From the human T2T-CHM13v2.0 reference genome, Homo sapiens, in assembly GCF_009914755.1 (NCBI RefSeq), contig NC_060925.1: DNA of 64,000 bases; one strand, 5' to 3'. Shown here piece by piece: positions 40,601-53,610 of the stretch. How positions within the stretch are numbered: position 1 is the stretch's first letter; each line of letters begins with the position of its first letter. The position numbers and the translations under genes are program-made. Below the pieces are notes generated by a model. That model made no database searches. It was not told where the DNA came from and saw only the letters and a list, made by a program, of their open reading frames with translations.

Positions 40601-41536
40601 GCAAAAATGCCAGCAGGCTTTCTATAATAAGTTAAAAAATCAAAATCATCGTCACCTTCTTCCATTTTTTTTAAGAGAGTGAATTTGGCTTTAGGAAAAG
40701 GCAAGAGAAAAAGTGTTAACTGAGCCCCTGCATGTGCATGGTACTCTGATGAGGACTTAATTAATAACTATGATCTCATTAAATTTTCACAATTTCTGTG
40801 AGGTAGAATTTATCCTCAAAACTACTTGGAGGTGAAGAGGCTGAGGTTCAGCAAGGGCTATATCTCATCTCCGTCCCTAGCCCACTAGGCTGCAGGCTTC
40901 CTTCAGGTGGCTGAACTGGGAAGTGGAATGGCCAACAGTAGGTGGAGTACGTATCTGACCATTTTTGTAGTTTACATATACAATGTACACAAAACATATC
41001 ATGAGTGAATTCAAGGGTAATACCTGTGAATTCAACCTATAATTATTTGTCAGATAAATGTTTCATAGTGTTGGACAGGAAGTATCATGCTGTCCATCGT
41101 AATCATAAATGGAAGATTATTTTTAGTTGAGATTCCAAGTAAGAAGTGTTTCTTCTATCCAAAGGGAGTGCTGATGGGGCAGGTAGATAACTTTAAAGAC
41201 CACAGAGAAGAGGGTCTCTCTGGACAGAGCTGAGATCCTTGCCATGGCCACACTGGTTAGGGGGATCACTGGCTCTTCTGAGAGAAGAATCTGCAGAGTA
41301 ACCCAAGAGCTCCAGATGTATCTTTACTCAGAACTTATTTCAACCAGGGCTCTTTTAATAGTAAAAGGGGTCACTACTAATAATTTACCCTTGTACAATA
41401 GACATAAAGTGGGACTGACCTGGGCAAACATAGCAGTATTATCACTCCACTCATAAGGTGATTGCATGAAAGTCCAGATAAAATATTTAATATTGCCCTG
41501 TTCTGATTTAAGAAGGTTAATGATGTTACTCTAGAT

Positions 41537-41740
41537 CAGCACCACCCAATAGAAATATAACGTCAGCCACATATGTAAGTTTGCATTTTCTAGTAGCCAC
41601 ATTAAAAAAGTAAAAAGAAAAAGGTAAAATTAATTTTAATAATATATTTTTAGACCAGTAAATCTAAATTATTACCATTTCAACATGGAATCATTATTAA
41701 AAAATTAGTGAGATATTTATCCTTTTTTCAAACCAGATTT
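41537..41740. mobile_element. MER33-like hAT-Charlie fragment
   Basis: cagcaccacccaatagaaatataacgtcagccacatatgtaa...ttttctagtagccacattaaaaaagtaaaaagaaa. Confidence 0.8.
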
Positions 41741-41820
41741 TGAAGAATAGGTAGGCTTTGAGTGTATTGAGGTACAGGCTCCCAATAGAAAAGAAAGAAC
41801 TCTTTAGATTTCTTAGATAA

Positions 41821-42141
<321 letters not shown>

Positions 42142-42639
42142 GAAAAAATTTTTAAAAAGAAAAGAAAAGAATAAAAACCATATTTTAATCAAGTGGAAGG
42201 GATTCTAAACCTGAGTTGGAAGAAAAGGTTGTGACTGGGGAGGTTGGACACCGAGGAAGAGGAAGGGGAATTGATGGCACACCGGACCCCATAAATGTAA
42301 GGTTTTTCATGCAAAAAGTAAGCAGGGGTCTTCTGGAGAAGACGAAGCAGGTTATGCATCTGTGGAGTACAGGAGAAAAAATTCTGCATTTCTAGAAAGA
42401 AATAGATAATCAAGCAGGATGTGGCTAAGACTACCAGCTTCCTCAGGTGTGAGTACATAATTCATTTTTGTATCTCCAGCACCTAGCAGACTGTCTGGTG
42501 CAAAGTATTAACCTCATCCCAATTGTTGGGTAGATGACTTGCCAGGGATTGATGTATAAAAGGAAAGTGGCCCTGACATGAAGGGAGGGTAACTGCCATT
42601 TTTGGGGCCCCCATTCTCTGGGAACCGCATGAGGCATAT

Positions 42640-43100
42640 GTCATCTAATAGAATAACACTGAGACAGGGACTGCTAAGCCCACTTTATGGATGAGGAAGC
42701 AGAGACTCAAAGACGTCAAACTTGCCTAAGGCCTTACCAGCTAGCAAATAGCAAAGCTGGGATTTGACCCTAGACCTGTCTGATTAGGAAGCCCATGTTC
42801 TTTCTACCACATCATGCTGTCCAGCCAGTTGGTGAATGTCTTTTGAGAAGGATAGTAAGTGTAATAATGTGCTGCTGATGATAATAATCATGGCTAATAT
42901 ATATATACCACTTGCTAAGTTGCCAGTACAGTTCTAAGCATTTCTGTCAATTCATTTAGTCTATTCAACCATCCCATGAGTTAGATGTTATCTCCATGTT
43001 ATAGAATGAGCTGAAGGCAGGAAGTTTAAGCCACATGTCAAAAATCACACAGCCAGTGAATGGCCAAGCCAGGATTTGAAGCTTGGTGGTTTGGTTCCAG
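42640..43100 (-). mobile_element. Two MIR fragments
   Basis: cccactttatggatgaggaagcagagactcaaag; tcacacagccagtgaatggccaagccaggatttgaa. Confidence 0.75.
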
Positions 43101-45079
43101 CGTCCATAGCATTTGCTCACCCACAAGTGCCCATTGTGGGTGAGGGTGGGGGTTCACCTTCCATGCTGTGAATGTGGTCACACTGTAGGGTAACAGCCAG
43201 AGACTTGCCCAGCACACAGACGTACTATATTTTGTTCTTGGGATATGAACGATGGCTGATTGCTTTTGAAATTTGACTAATTCTTCTTCCAGGGTGTGAT
43301 TTAGAGAAATAGGGTTACCTATTTCTCTAAATAGGTAACATGTTACCTCAAAATGTGTTTACAGGAGAGCCTGAGAGCTTCATTACTGACCAGAGTGTAA
43401 CACAATACAGACATTCTCAGCACAGGATTTATATTTGACCTCACCAATAACATGTACACAGACTGATACATGTCACATTTTCAGTAGCAATTTTGCCCAA
43501 AGCCAACAGTGGGATATGCGTCTTAACCAACACCATAGCGTAGCCTCTCAGAGAAAACAAATATTTATTCCCTGTGTCAGTCATTCATTGCCTGCAGCTA
43601 ATATTTATGGCATTCATCCAGAGCACTAGCCAGCAGAGAGTCTGCTTTGTCGAGCTTCAGAGATTCCAGCAGCAGCTGGGCAGAGGAGCACTAAAGTTTC
43701 CTGGAGAGATTCACAACCTCACAGTTGGGAGAAAGAGCTGACAGGTGTCCTGCATGGAGAAAGACATGAATGATCCCAAACTGCACTGATGAGTGGCCTT
43801 GGGGGAGTGCTTCCCATGAGGGTACTGGATATTGATCAGGATAAACTGGGAAAGGCCTAGACTGAGTTTTAGTGCCCATGTAGTGATTTAACGTCATGGC
43901 TTCAGACAAGCCACTTCATATCCTAGGTCTCAGCTTTCTCAGAAGTAACGTGAAAAGGGTGACCCAGTTTCATTGAAGATCTTTACAATTTTATGCTAAC
44001 ATAGTCAACTTCATTCCCACTCTGAAACAAAGCTCTGGCTCCTGGTAACCCCAGACTGAGTCAGAGTTTAGGGCCCCTAGCTTGCTCAGAAAGAAAGCTC
44101 TGACATCTTTACCATCTTTGAAGATGATCATCCAGCTTGAAACAGCAGATTTTGGATGCCCAAGAGCAACTTATTTTGTAAGCCCTCAAATTCAAAAATA
44201 TGACCCTTCAGGATAGTTACTTTCCAGTAGAGAACAAGTAAGTGAGAACATTAGAGGAGGCAGGACTGTATAGAGGAAGGCACACAGGGCTATAGTAGGA
44301 ACTGAAGCCAGATTGTCAAAGCATCTGAATGTCTCACTGAGTTTATATCTCTGGATTTTATTCTATAAAAGATGAAGGATCATCACAGGTGTTAAGGGCA
44401 GGAGGAAGGTGACTTGAGTGGGTTTTAGAATAATAGATCTGGTAGCAGGGCAGAAATTGGACTGAAGACTGGACAGACCCTTTATTCTTCATTCATTCAC
44501 TCATTTATTCTACAAACAATTATTGAGATCCTCAATGAACATTTGTTGATTGAATAAATGACTATATGATCTCAAATAAGATAAATTTTCTTATTAGGCA
44601 TTTTGCTCCTGGGACCTGGTGTATAGTAAAGGTATAATTGTCCTTCATTGAGTTAATGTGTGAATGTTGTTCAGGTCAGGTCCCACAAGTGGATGAGGTC
44701 ATGAGGAAAGGGTAAAGAAACACCATCTTGGGAAACTTGGTGCCATTTCTGATCTCCTGGGTCTCATTCCGCCCTCCCAGAATAATTTTGCATGCTCATC
44801 TGCATCAGCATGTTGAATTATACAAGGTAGCAAGCTGTCACACTGTAACAGGTGTGGTGTATCATTCCGTTGGTGCATGAAATTAAAAAGATGTGGTTTG
44901 CTAGGGTACAGCAGATTAACCAAACTTGCTTCTCAGTCCATCTACTTTTATTCACATGTAAAAATCTCAGAAGAAGGAAACAGAGAACCAATCAGTCTGA
45001 TTAACTATCCGTAGGTTAGTGCCAATAAACAGTTTCATGCTATCCACTGCCAAGGAAGTGGGATGTTTGATGTTTATTG

Positions 45080-45350
45080 AGTTCCTACTTTGTGCTTCGC
45101 ATATTAGGAGATGTGATATATGTATATAGATAGTTATCTCCAGTAGTTCACATGCAATGATGAGCAGGATATGAGTACATCCTTGTGACACAGCGTGAGC
45201 ACTGCTGTAGAAGAGGAATAAACAGGACCTGTAGAATATCAGAAGAGGAGCATCTCATCCAAGCTGAGAACATTAGGGAAGGCTTCTTGGTGGAGGTAAT
45301 ACCTGACCTGAATCCTGCAGGAAAACTAGGAATTAGCCAAAAGGAAGAGA
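45080..45350 (-). mobile_element. L2 fragment
   Basis: tttattgagttcctactttgtgc...ttagggaaggcttcttggtggaggt. Confidence 0.7.
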
Positions 45351-45918
45351 GGGAGAAAGCAGCAGCAGGTATGCAGAGATAGTGGGGAGGGGCAGCAAGT
45401 TGCCCCACTCTGTGCACCATGGATGGAACATCTGCTGCAGACACTGCCTCCCAGGGCTCCAACATGGACAGTGAATTCCTGCCAGAAGGTGAAGCGATAC
45501 AGCAAACAGGCATCGGAGCAGATGTGACAAGTGCACAGGGTTAATCAAGCATTCTGCAGCCAGCAAGAGAAATAAATGTCCCCAGAGCAATACTGGCAGC
45601 AGCTGGCAGGAGATGGCACTGACTCAAGCTTTGTCCTCCTGGAATAGGAAGTGCTCTGCCACTCTGAGGACTGGAGGCACTTGCCATGTGCTCCTCTCCC
45701 ATTCCTTCTTATTCACATAGAGAGCAAGAGACAGGGGGAAGGGAAAAAAATTAGTAATAGTGTCACTGACCTACAATAAAGAAAGTAATCAATAATCATT
45801 CTACAAAAGAAAAAGAGATGAAGAAGATGGGTATTTGGTAATTTGATGGTTTCTATTTGCCTCTCTGGCTTTGATTTTACGGTTGGGAAGGATGTGAATG
45901 TTATTACATGGCAATGAG

Positions 45919-45932
45919 GTTGCTATGGTAAC
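45919..45932. promoter_or_regulatory. RFX X-box
   Basis: GTTGCTATGGTAAC, a near-palindromic full-length match to the X-box consensus GTNRCC(N0-3)RGYAAC. Confidence 0.6.
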
Positions 45933-46691
45933 TCTTTATTGTTTAATATAAGATGAGCTAAATCTTAGATAAGTTACTGGGAGAAAAATTAATGCTGCCA
46001 AAGGCCAGATCCAGTTTTTGATTCCCTTTTTTTATTTAACATTTATGCCTGTTTCCCCTTCATAACCTGCCCTTCTCCTATAGGACATCAAACACATATC
46101 AAAATGAAGAACAGTTCAGCCATTGTTAAAGGGATCCTGTACTATAGAAAATCAACTAGGACCCATTGGTCAGGAAGAAAGAAGTTAATAACACATGTTA
46201 GTATCTGTGCCTAGGATAACTCAAAATGTGGCTCAATTCTAGCTTTGCAGTCAACATTCCTTTTCTGCAATCCCAGCTTTACTACTTAGCCATTCTGTGA
46301 CCTTGGGCAATTACATTTTCTGGACCTATTTCTCAATATTCAAGATGAGAATAATAATGACATCTACCTCATCAAATTTTGTGGGGAAAAATAAATTATG
46401 GAAGATGGTGAAGATTTAACACAGTGCCAGGAGTGCCAGGCAATACTTGGTACTCAATAATTAGAAGCTATTCCTCTTTTTCCTCCTCCTATAATGATAA
46501 TGGGGAGGATGACATTATTTTATTAGTATTTCAAGGTCCAGTTAAAGAGCCATGTCTTCCACCTTTCGTGACTTATCTGGAACACACAAAGGCTACTTCC
46601 TTCCGTACTCCCTTTGGCCTGCCTATAGGTATCACAAAGGCGGCACTGGGATGGGGGCAGGGAAAGAGTAGGAAAGCTCTGGTGCCACTGA

Positions 46692-47103
<412 letters not shown>

Positions 47104-48929
47104 GATCATCCCCATCTTATAGAGGAGAAAGCTGAAGTTCAGAGAGGTTAAAAACTTTTCTGAAGTTCTTACTGCTTATAAATGGTAAATCTGTGGACAT
47201 CTGATTTTAAAACTCCTGCTTTTTCCACAGCACCATACAGTTTTCCTTTTGATACATTTTTATCTTATCTTCCACCCCACCTCCTGCTGCAGTAATCTTG
47301 GGGACTGAGAGTGGGCTTTCATTGTTTTTTCTTTGTGTTCTGGCTTTTCCCCTGTTCCAGTGATACCACATATTATGTGCTCAACAAAAGCCTGTTGATT
47401 GAAATATTGGAATCAAGTCAAGGAAAAAAATGAGACAAGAAAAATGGATGCAGCCATGTATGCATGTAGATACTGACTTGGCTAATGTATTGAGTCTTAG
47501 ATTTCAATTGACAGCAAGGATAGACAAAAAGAAAAATGTATCCTACTTTTGACATAAATGACAATCCAGAAAAAAAGGATGGGCTAAGAAAATTGTGGTT
47601 AAAATAAAGCAGGTGGAATCTGAGAAAAACTAATTAACTTTCTAATTATATCAGAAGTTGTAAATCATAAGTTTTTACACTCTTAGAAAAAAGGCTGAGA
47701 GGAAAAGATGACAAACCGGTGATTTAAATATCACCTAAGAATACATAACTTTCATTTTATAGGCAGCTCTGGTGGTAATATTATAAAAAGCATTCTGGTT
47801 TCCTCAAATTCCTTCTTAATGAATGGCTTCTCAATTCAATAATTTTATTTCAGTTAATCTATCACCTTGAAAGCACATTTTAAGAAAGCCTAGTAGCGCA
47901 CTCTTTTAGATAATTCAATAAATGTTTAATTTTTCCCAACCCCCACCCCTAAAGCATTCACCTTGTTTGGATTATAGCCTTAACTGACAGGCACAGGTTC
48001 ACTTACAGCATCTGAGCTGAGGCTGATTCTTCTCTTGCCAAGGTGCATTATGAAAAATTTAAAAGTGAATTATGAGACAGTATCTGATTATTAACTAACA
48101 ATTGTATTAAAAATTTAAGAAGTTCGCTTAAGAAAAATGAAGTATAAAAACAATAACACAATTTTAGTGGTAGGTAGTCAGAAATGTTTTGTGGTTTTGG
48201 AGCCTCAGAGAACGTAGCTTTGATTTTGGCAGTTTCGTATTTGTTTTCTGATCTTCAGCTCACAGGGCTTCAGTTTTCTCATCTGCATAAGGTGAGAAGA
48301 ATGCCGCCTATCTTACAAGACTGCTATTATTCTGTAAAAGATAATGCACAAGATGCTTGCTAGACAGTAAACATTCAATCAATGGTTTCTTTGGAGTAAT
48401 AATATTTCCAGTTGATAGGATTCATTTATTCATCCAAGAAACATTTATTGAGAGCTTCTTGCCAGGTGACAAGCACTGTGCCAGATGCCAGGGACACAAT
48501 ATGGTAGACAGTCTCTGGGTCTGGGTAACTCACAGTCTGCTGGAGGCCCAGCTCTTTCTCTGCCACCTTTTTGCTCAGCCCGCCCCCTTCCACCCAGAGA
48601 TTTCCACCCCAGCTGAAGGTTCAGCAAGATTTCTTTAAAGTACGACTACAGCCCCAAATTGCTTTTTCTGATAATAAAATAATTCCTTACATGGGTAAAT
48701 ACAGACCATTCTTACATCCATTATCTCATGTGAGCATTACTGCAGTGCTGGTAATAATAGCAGTCAGTACTTAAGATGTATGATACTATGTTGATATGTT
48801 CACATTACAGGTTGGAAGACTAGCGTACAGAGAGACTGGTGCTTGTCCAATTATATCTGACTCCTTCTCATGACACTCTACACTCTCTCCTGCTCTGCTA
48901 TGAGAACTGGCCAGACAAGGACTGCTATC

Positions 48930-49360
48930 TTGTGAAGATGAGGAAACTGAGGCTAGGGAGAGGAATTAACTTGCCCAAGAATGTTCTGTAAGTGACTGAC
49001 AGAGACAGGATTAGAACCCAGGTACCTTGTCACTTACAGATTCATTCAGTCACTCAACTTAGATGCCCTGAGCAAAGAAAGACCATTAAACCTCTGGAAT
49101 CCTCTGAATAACAATGATAAAAATAATGGTGACACTATTTATCAATTAACACGTTCTTACTCCCTACCAAGCACTGTTGAATGAGTACTTCATCCTTTTC
49201 AATCTTTGCAGTAATACTATGAGGTAGGCCTATTACTTTTCCTATTTTTAGCACATGACTAAATAGCAGGTAGGTTATAAAACTTGTCCAAGGCAACAGA
49301 GCAAGTAGTAGAGGCAGGATTTAAACCCAGGCAGCGTGACCTCAAAGCTGGCCTTCTCAA
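48930..49360 (-). mobile_element. MIR fragments
   Basis: agatgaggaaactgaggctagggagagg...ttgcccaag; ggcaggatttaaacccaggcag. Confidence 0.8.
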
Positions 49361-49467
49361 ACACTTCTCTGAACAGCATCTCTCACCCAGTTATTGGCTA
49401 ATGTGTATACATGTATGTGAGTATGTATGTCTCCTTACACATGAAAAATATATATATATATAGTTCC

Positions 49468-50328
49468 CTGTGCAGGAAAGAATTGACACACAGGCCTGAG
49501 GCACACCTTTTGGAAAGCCTGCCTACAAGATTGGTTCTTTGCTGATGTCTGGGAACTTGGCTCTTTAAATAGTCTCTAACTGATAAGACCGATTTACTAT
49601 ACCTAGACTGTTTATGCAGAAAACCTCTTTTCTTTCTAGGAGTCTAGATTTTTAGTAGTTGCTAGATGGAGAGTGCATATGTGACTAGATCCCAACAAAA
49701 ATCTTGAGTACTAAGTCCCAAGTGGGCTTCTTTAGGCCAGAAACATCAGACAAATGTTGCTTATTTTATTTTATTTATTTCTTTATTTTTGAGATGGAGT
49801 CTCGCTCTGTTGCCCAGGCTGGAGTGCAGTGGTGCAATCTCGGCTCACTGCAAGCTCCGCCTCCTGGGTTCACACCATTCTCCTGCCTTAGCCTCCCGAG
49901 CAGCTGAGACTACAGGCGCCCGCCACCATGCTGGCTAATTTTTTGTATTTTTTAGTATAGACGGGGTTTCACCACGTTAGCCAGGATGGTCTTGATCTCC
50001 TGACCCCGTGGTCCGCCCACCTCGGCCTCCCAAAGTGCTGGGATTACAGGTGTGAGCCACCGCGCCCAGCCATGTTGCTGTATTTTTGCAGCTGGGTGTA
50101 GAGTACATTCTGTGTGACCCTTCCTGGGAGGGAGAGAGATTAGGAAACCTAAATATGAATTCCTTCAGACTCTACTAATGTTTTTCCCTTACTCGTCTAG
50201 CTGTATATCTGGAGGGTACTTCCATAATAAATCTTAGCCCTGAGTGTTACTATATGTTAAGATGTTGAGTTCTGTGAGTCCTTCAAGTGAATTACTGAAA
50301 GCATGGCTAGTCTTAGGTAACCCCACCA
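49468..50328 (+). mobile_element. MER68/MER77-family ERVL solo LTR interrupted by AluY
   Basis: caggcctgag...tctgggaacttgg...actgataag...aataaatcttagccctgagt...gagttctgtgagtcct. Confidence 0.75.
49768..50071 (-). mobile_element. AluY
   Basis: caagctccgcctcctgggttcacacc, ttagccaggatgg; TSD-like atgttgct(g)tatttt. Confidence 0.95.
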
Positions 50329-50397
50329 AATATTGCCTCATTCATAAACCATGAAAAAGTTATATTAACTAAATAATACATATTTATTTTCTTCTCT

Positions 50398-50697
50398 TTT
50401 TTTTTTTTTTTTTTTTTTGAGAAAGGGTCTTACCCTGCTACCCAGGCTGGAGTGCAGTGACAGGATCATGGCTCACTGCAGCCTTGACTTTCTGGGGAAC
50501 AAGTGATCCTCCCAGCTCAGCTTCCTGTATATCTTGAACTACAGGTGCATGCCATTGTGCCTGCCTAATTTTTTGTATCTTTTGTAGAGACAGGGTCTCA
50601 CTTGTTGCCCAGGCTGGTCTCAAATTCCTGGGCTCAAGTAATCCTTCAACCTCAGCCTCTCAAAGTGCTGGGAATACAGGCGTGAGTCACCATGCCC
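50398..50697 (-). mobile_element. Alu (AluJ-type)
   Basis: gatcatggctcactgcagccttgact, ttttgtagagacagggtctc. Confidence 0.92.
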
Positions 50698-50874
50698 ATT
50701 TTCTTTTGTTTTTCCAATGATTCATTGAATAAATACTCACCAAGAACATACTATGTGCAAGAGACTATGCTTTGTTCTGTGGAAACAAAGGTGAACACAC
50801 AGACATGGCTCTTCCTCATATAAAACTTACATTCCAGTGGAGAAGACACATGCTAAACAATAGGACAAACACAT

Positions 50875-50969
50875 AATTAAATCATATATGCATATGTACG
50901 TGCATAATTAAATCATATACACTTGCATATGTACACGTACAATTAAATCATATATCCATGCATATGTAT
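50875..50969. repeat. Three-copy minisatellite (31-35 bp period) inside an L2 relic
   Basis: aattaaatcatata...tgcatatgta at 50875, 50906 and 50941. Confidence 0.85.
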
Positions 50970-53415
50970 ATATAAGATCAACTGTGATCTGAGGCAGGAA
51001 GAGCAGTACAAAGAGCCATGCCAGTGTCACAGAAAGCATCTTTGAGAAAATGGCATCTGAGCTGATGTCTGAAGGACAAGTCACAAGAGTAACTAGATGA
51101 AGAGAGGGTGGGAAACAGAAGAATAAGACTTTTGGAGATACTTCCTATCTCTCTTCCAAGCTTTAAAACCTGGGCCAATAAATGAAAAGAAAAAAAGTGA
51201 CAATCATACCACTGGATAGCCACTCTTGTCACGAGGACAATTTTAAGAGCATAAATGAGACCTATGGAGACGTATAGAGAAAGGAATCTTCAGGGATGTC
51301 TGGGCCCTAGATGGAACAGATCTTGGTCCAACATTTTGAACAGCCTATGAGAATGGTAAACAGCGGTGCTCTCCATTGCTGTGAGATTTTTAGTCAGATA
51401 CTTATTTCTTGCCTTGCTGACAGAGGACTGTCATGCCTGGGTCATCTCAACCAGCCCCAGTTTTCCATGGTAAAAATCAGGGCATGCTGTCATTGAATAA
51501 TTGCAGCTTGCCTACTGAAATGCAGATGTGCAGTCAATGGAGAGGATTCAATTTCTGGGGGGGCAAAGAGAGAAAAGACAGAGGGAGTCAAAGTAGCTGC
51601 AGTCTTTCTATTTGTTCTCTCCTGAGTCTTTGGTTATTCAAAGGACTGAAGTGGATTGTTTATGTTTCCAAGGGAACAGGGCTCAGATGCCTGGGCATTT
51701 TTGTAGGGGTGGGGGTGGTCCACCCAAAACTGGCCTTAGGGAGTTATTATGGGCTTGGAAGACAGGGATGAAGAGCTGTGAAGATTCTCTTCTTCTTTTC
51801 CTTCTCCATCACAAATCCTGACACATATTTGAACCTACAGTGATGCCTCTCAGGCTGTGGATAGGGAAGCTCTGTAATGGTGGGACAACAAGGAAATAAG
51901 TGAGCCTGGGAAGGACTGAGACTGAAAAAAAAAAAAAAATCCTATGCTTACAGTACTTTTCTAGGATATTTGTAAGTCAGAAACTTACAAATTTGCTCCC
52001 AATGTGTTTACTTGGTTGTTGTTATTGCCTATTATCGGTGGTGAATCCTACTATTTTTCTTTAGAAAAGAGAACAGATTAAACTTTATTATATGCCAGGT
52101 ACTGAGAACAAACCTGTAAATAGGTGTTTAGTTCCTATTTTATAGATTTGGAAATAGGTTCATTTATGCATTTCTTTTACATGAACATTAACTGTTGCAT
52201 GTTTCACATCGTACCAAGTACTTTAAAGACATTATTTCATTTAATTCTTATAATAAAGGAATCTTCCCTATAAAAAAGAAAGCTCACATCCATGCTTCCC
52301 ATTCTTGTACATTCAGCCCCTTTAAAAGCCAGGCACTGTCCTTGGTTCCAGTCAAGTTGGCTGCCCAGGACCACACAGCTTATGCCTCAGGGCAGTGTTG
52401 GGGAACCGAAAGATTAATGTCAGGAGCATTAATAAAGCAAGATGTAGAGTTGAATAAATAAGTGAATGAGTGAGTGAGTTTGGTGAATTAATAAATAAAT
52501 AAAAATAGTTGGTGAATTGAGGAGTAGGCTAAAAGTAGAAACAGCAATATTTTCTCATGAGGAGAGCTGAATATTTTCAAACTCATTTCTAGCCTACCCT
52601 AACTGCATGATACCCAAAACATCATTTGGCATGGATGACAAAAAGTCATCAAACTAGGAGAGGCCAGTAAAATGAGGAAAGAAACTCATTTTGTTCAGAC
52701 TTGTTTTAGCTATGGTTTAACACAGTTTAGGACCATGGCCATAAAGCCCTCAGGAACAATCTGATGTGCTTGAAAGTATCATATTAAATTACATTTCATT
52801 ACATTTTGCCCAAACAGCATAGCAATATCTGTGTACAATATTTGTAACAGGATGCAAAAATGAAGCTTGTATTTGCATCCTATTAACCTATTTAAAATCT
52901 CAAACAGAAGAAGATGAATTGGAATATTTTGCAGTCTAATGCATTAGAATATAAAATGTGGAAATATAAAGTAGCATTAAACAACTGCAAATATAATAGT
53001 AAGCACTGTAATAGTCATGCAGTGATTTCAGATTGCAGTAAATTCACAGTTTTGTCCGCAACACCACAGAGATAAGAAATGGCTGGTGTGAAGTACAAAA
53101 TGAAGCTTTAAGGAAATAAAAATTTTGCTGCCATACTCCTACCATTCTACTAAAAGAAATCAATTAGTTTCGTCTTGAAAATAAAATAAAATACACAGAG
53201 GCTAACTAATATAAGGAGAAAGCTTATGTTGACTGCTTTTTTGAACACAGTAGATACTCAATGAGTAATTATTGTGGAATAGATACATATTTCCTTCATT
53301 CTTTGAACATTTCATTAGTACCTACCATGTACCAGGCACTAGGTTATGTATACCAAAGCAAAAAGGGATTCAGCAGTCATTGTTGCCTCATTAAATGTTT
53401 CAGTCTGTGAAGGGA

Positions 53416-53610
53416 ATATATATATCTTTTATATATGCACACAGTTTTTTATATATATATGTGCACACAGTTATATATATACATACACAGTTTTATATAT
53501 ATATAAAACTGCACATATACGTATGTGTACATATATATGTGTATAGATATATATTATATATGTACAACTAGATATGACTATATATATGGTTTAAAATATA
53601 TATACATAAA
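53416..53610. repeat. Degenerate TA/CA-rich repeat with an internal palindrome
   Basis: cacagtt-(ta)n units x3; perfect palindrome at 53488-53511. Confidence 0.85.
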
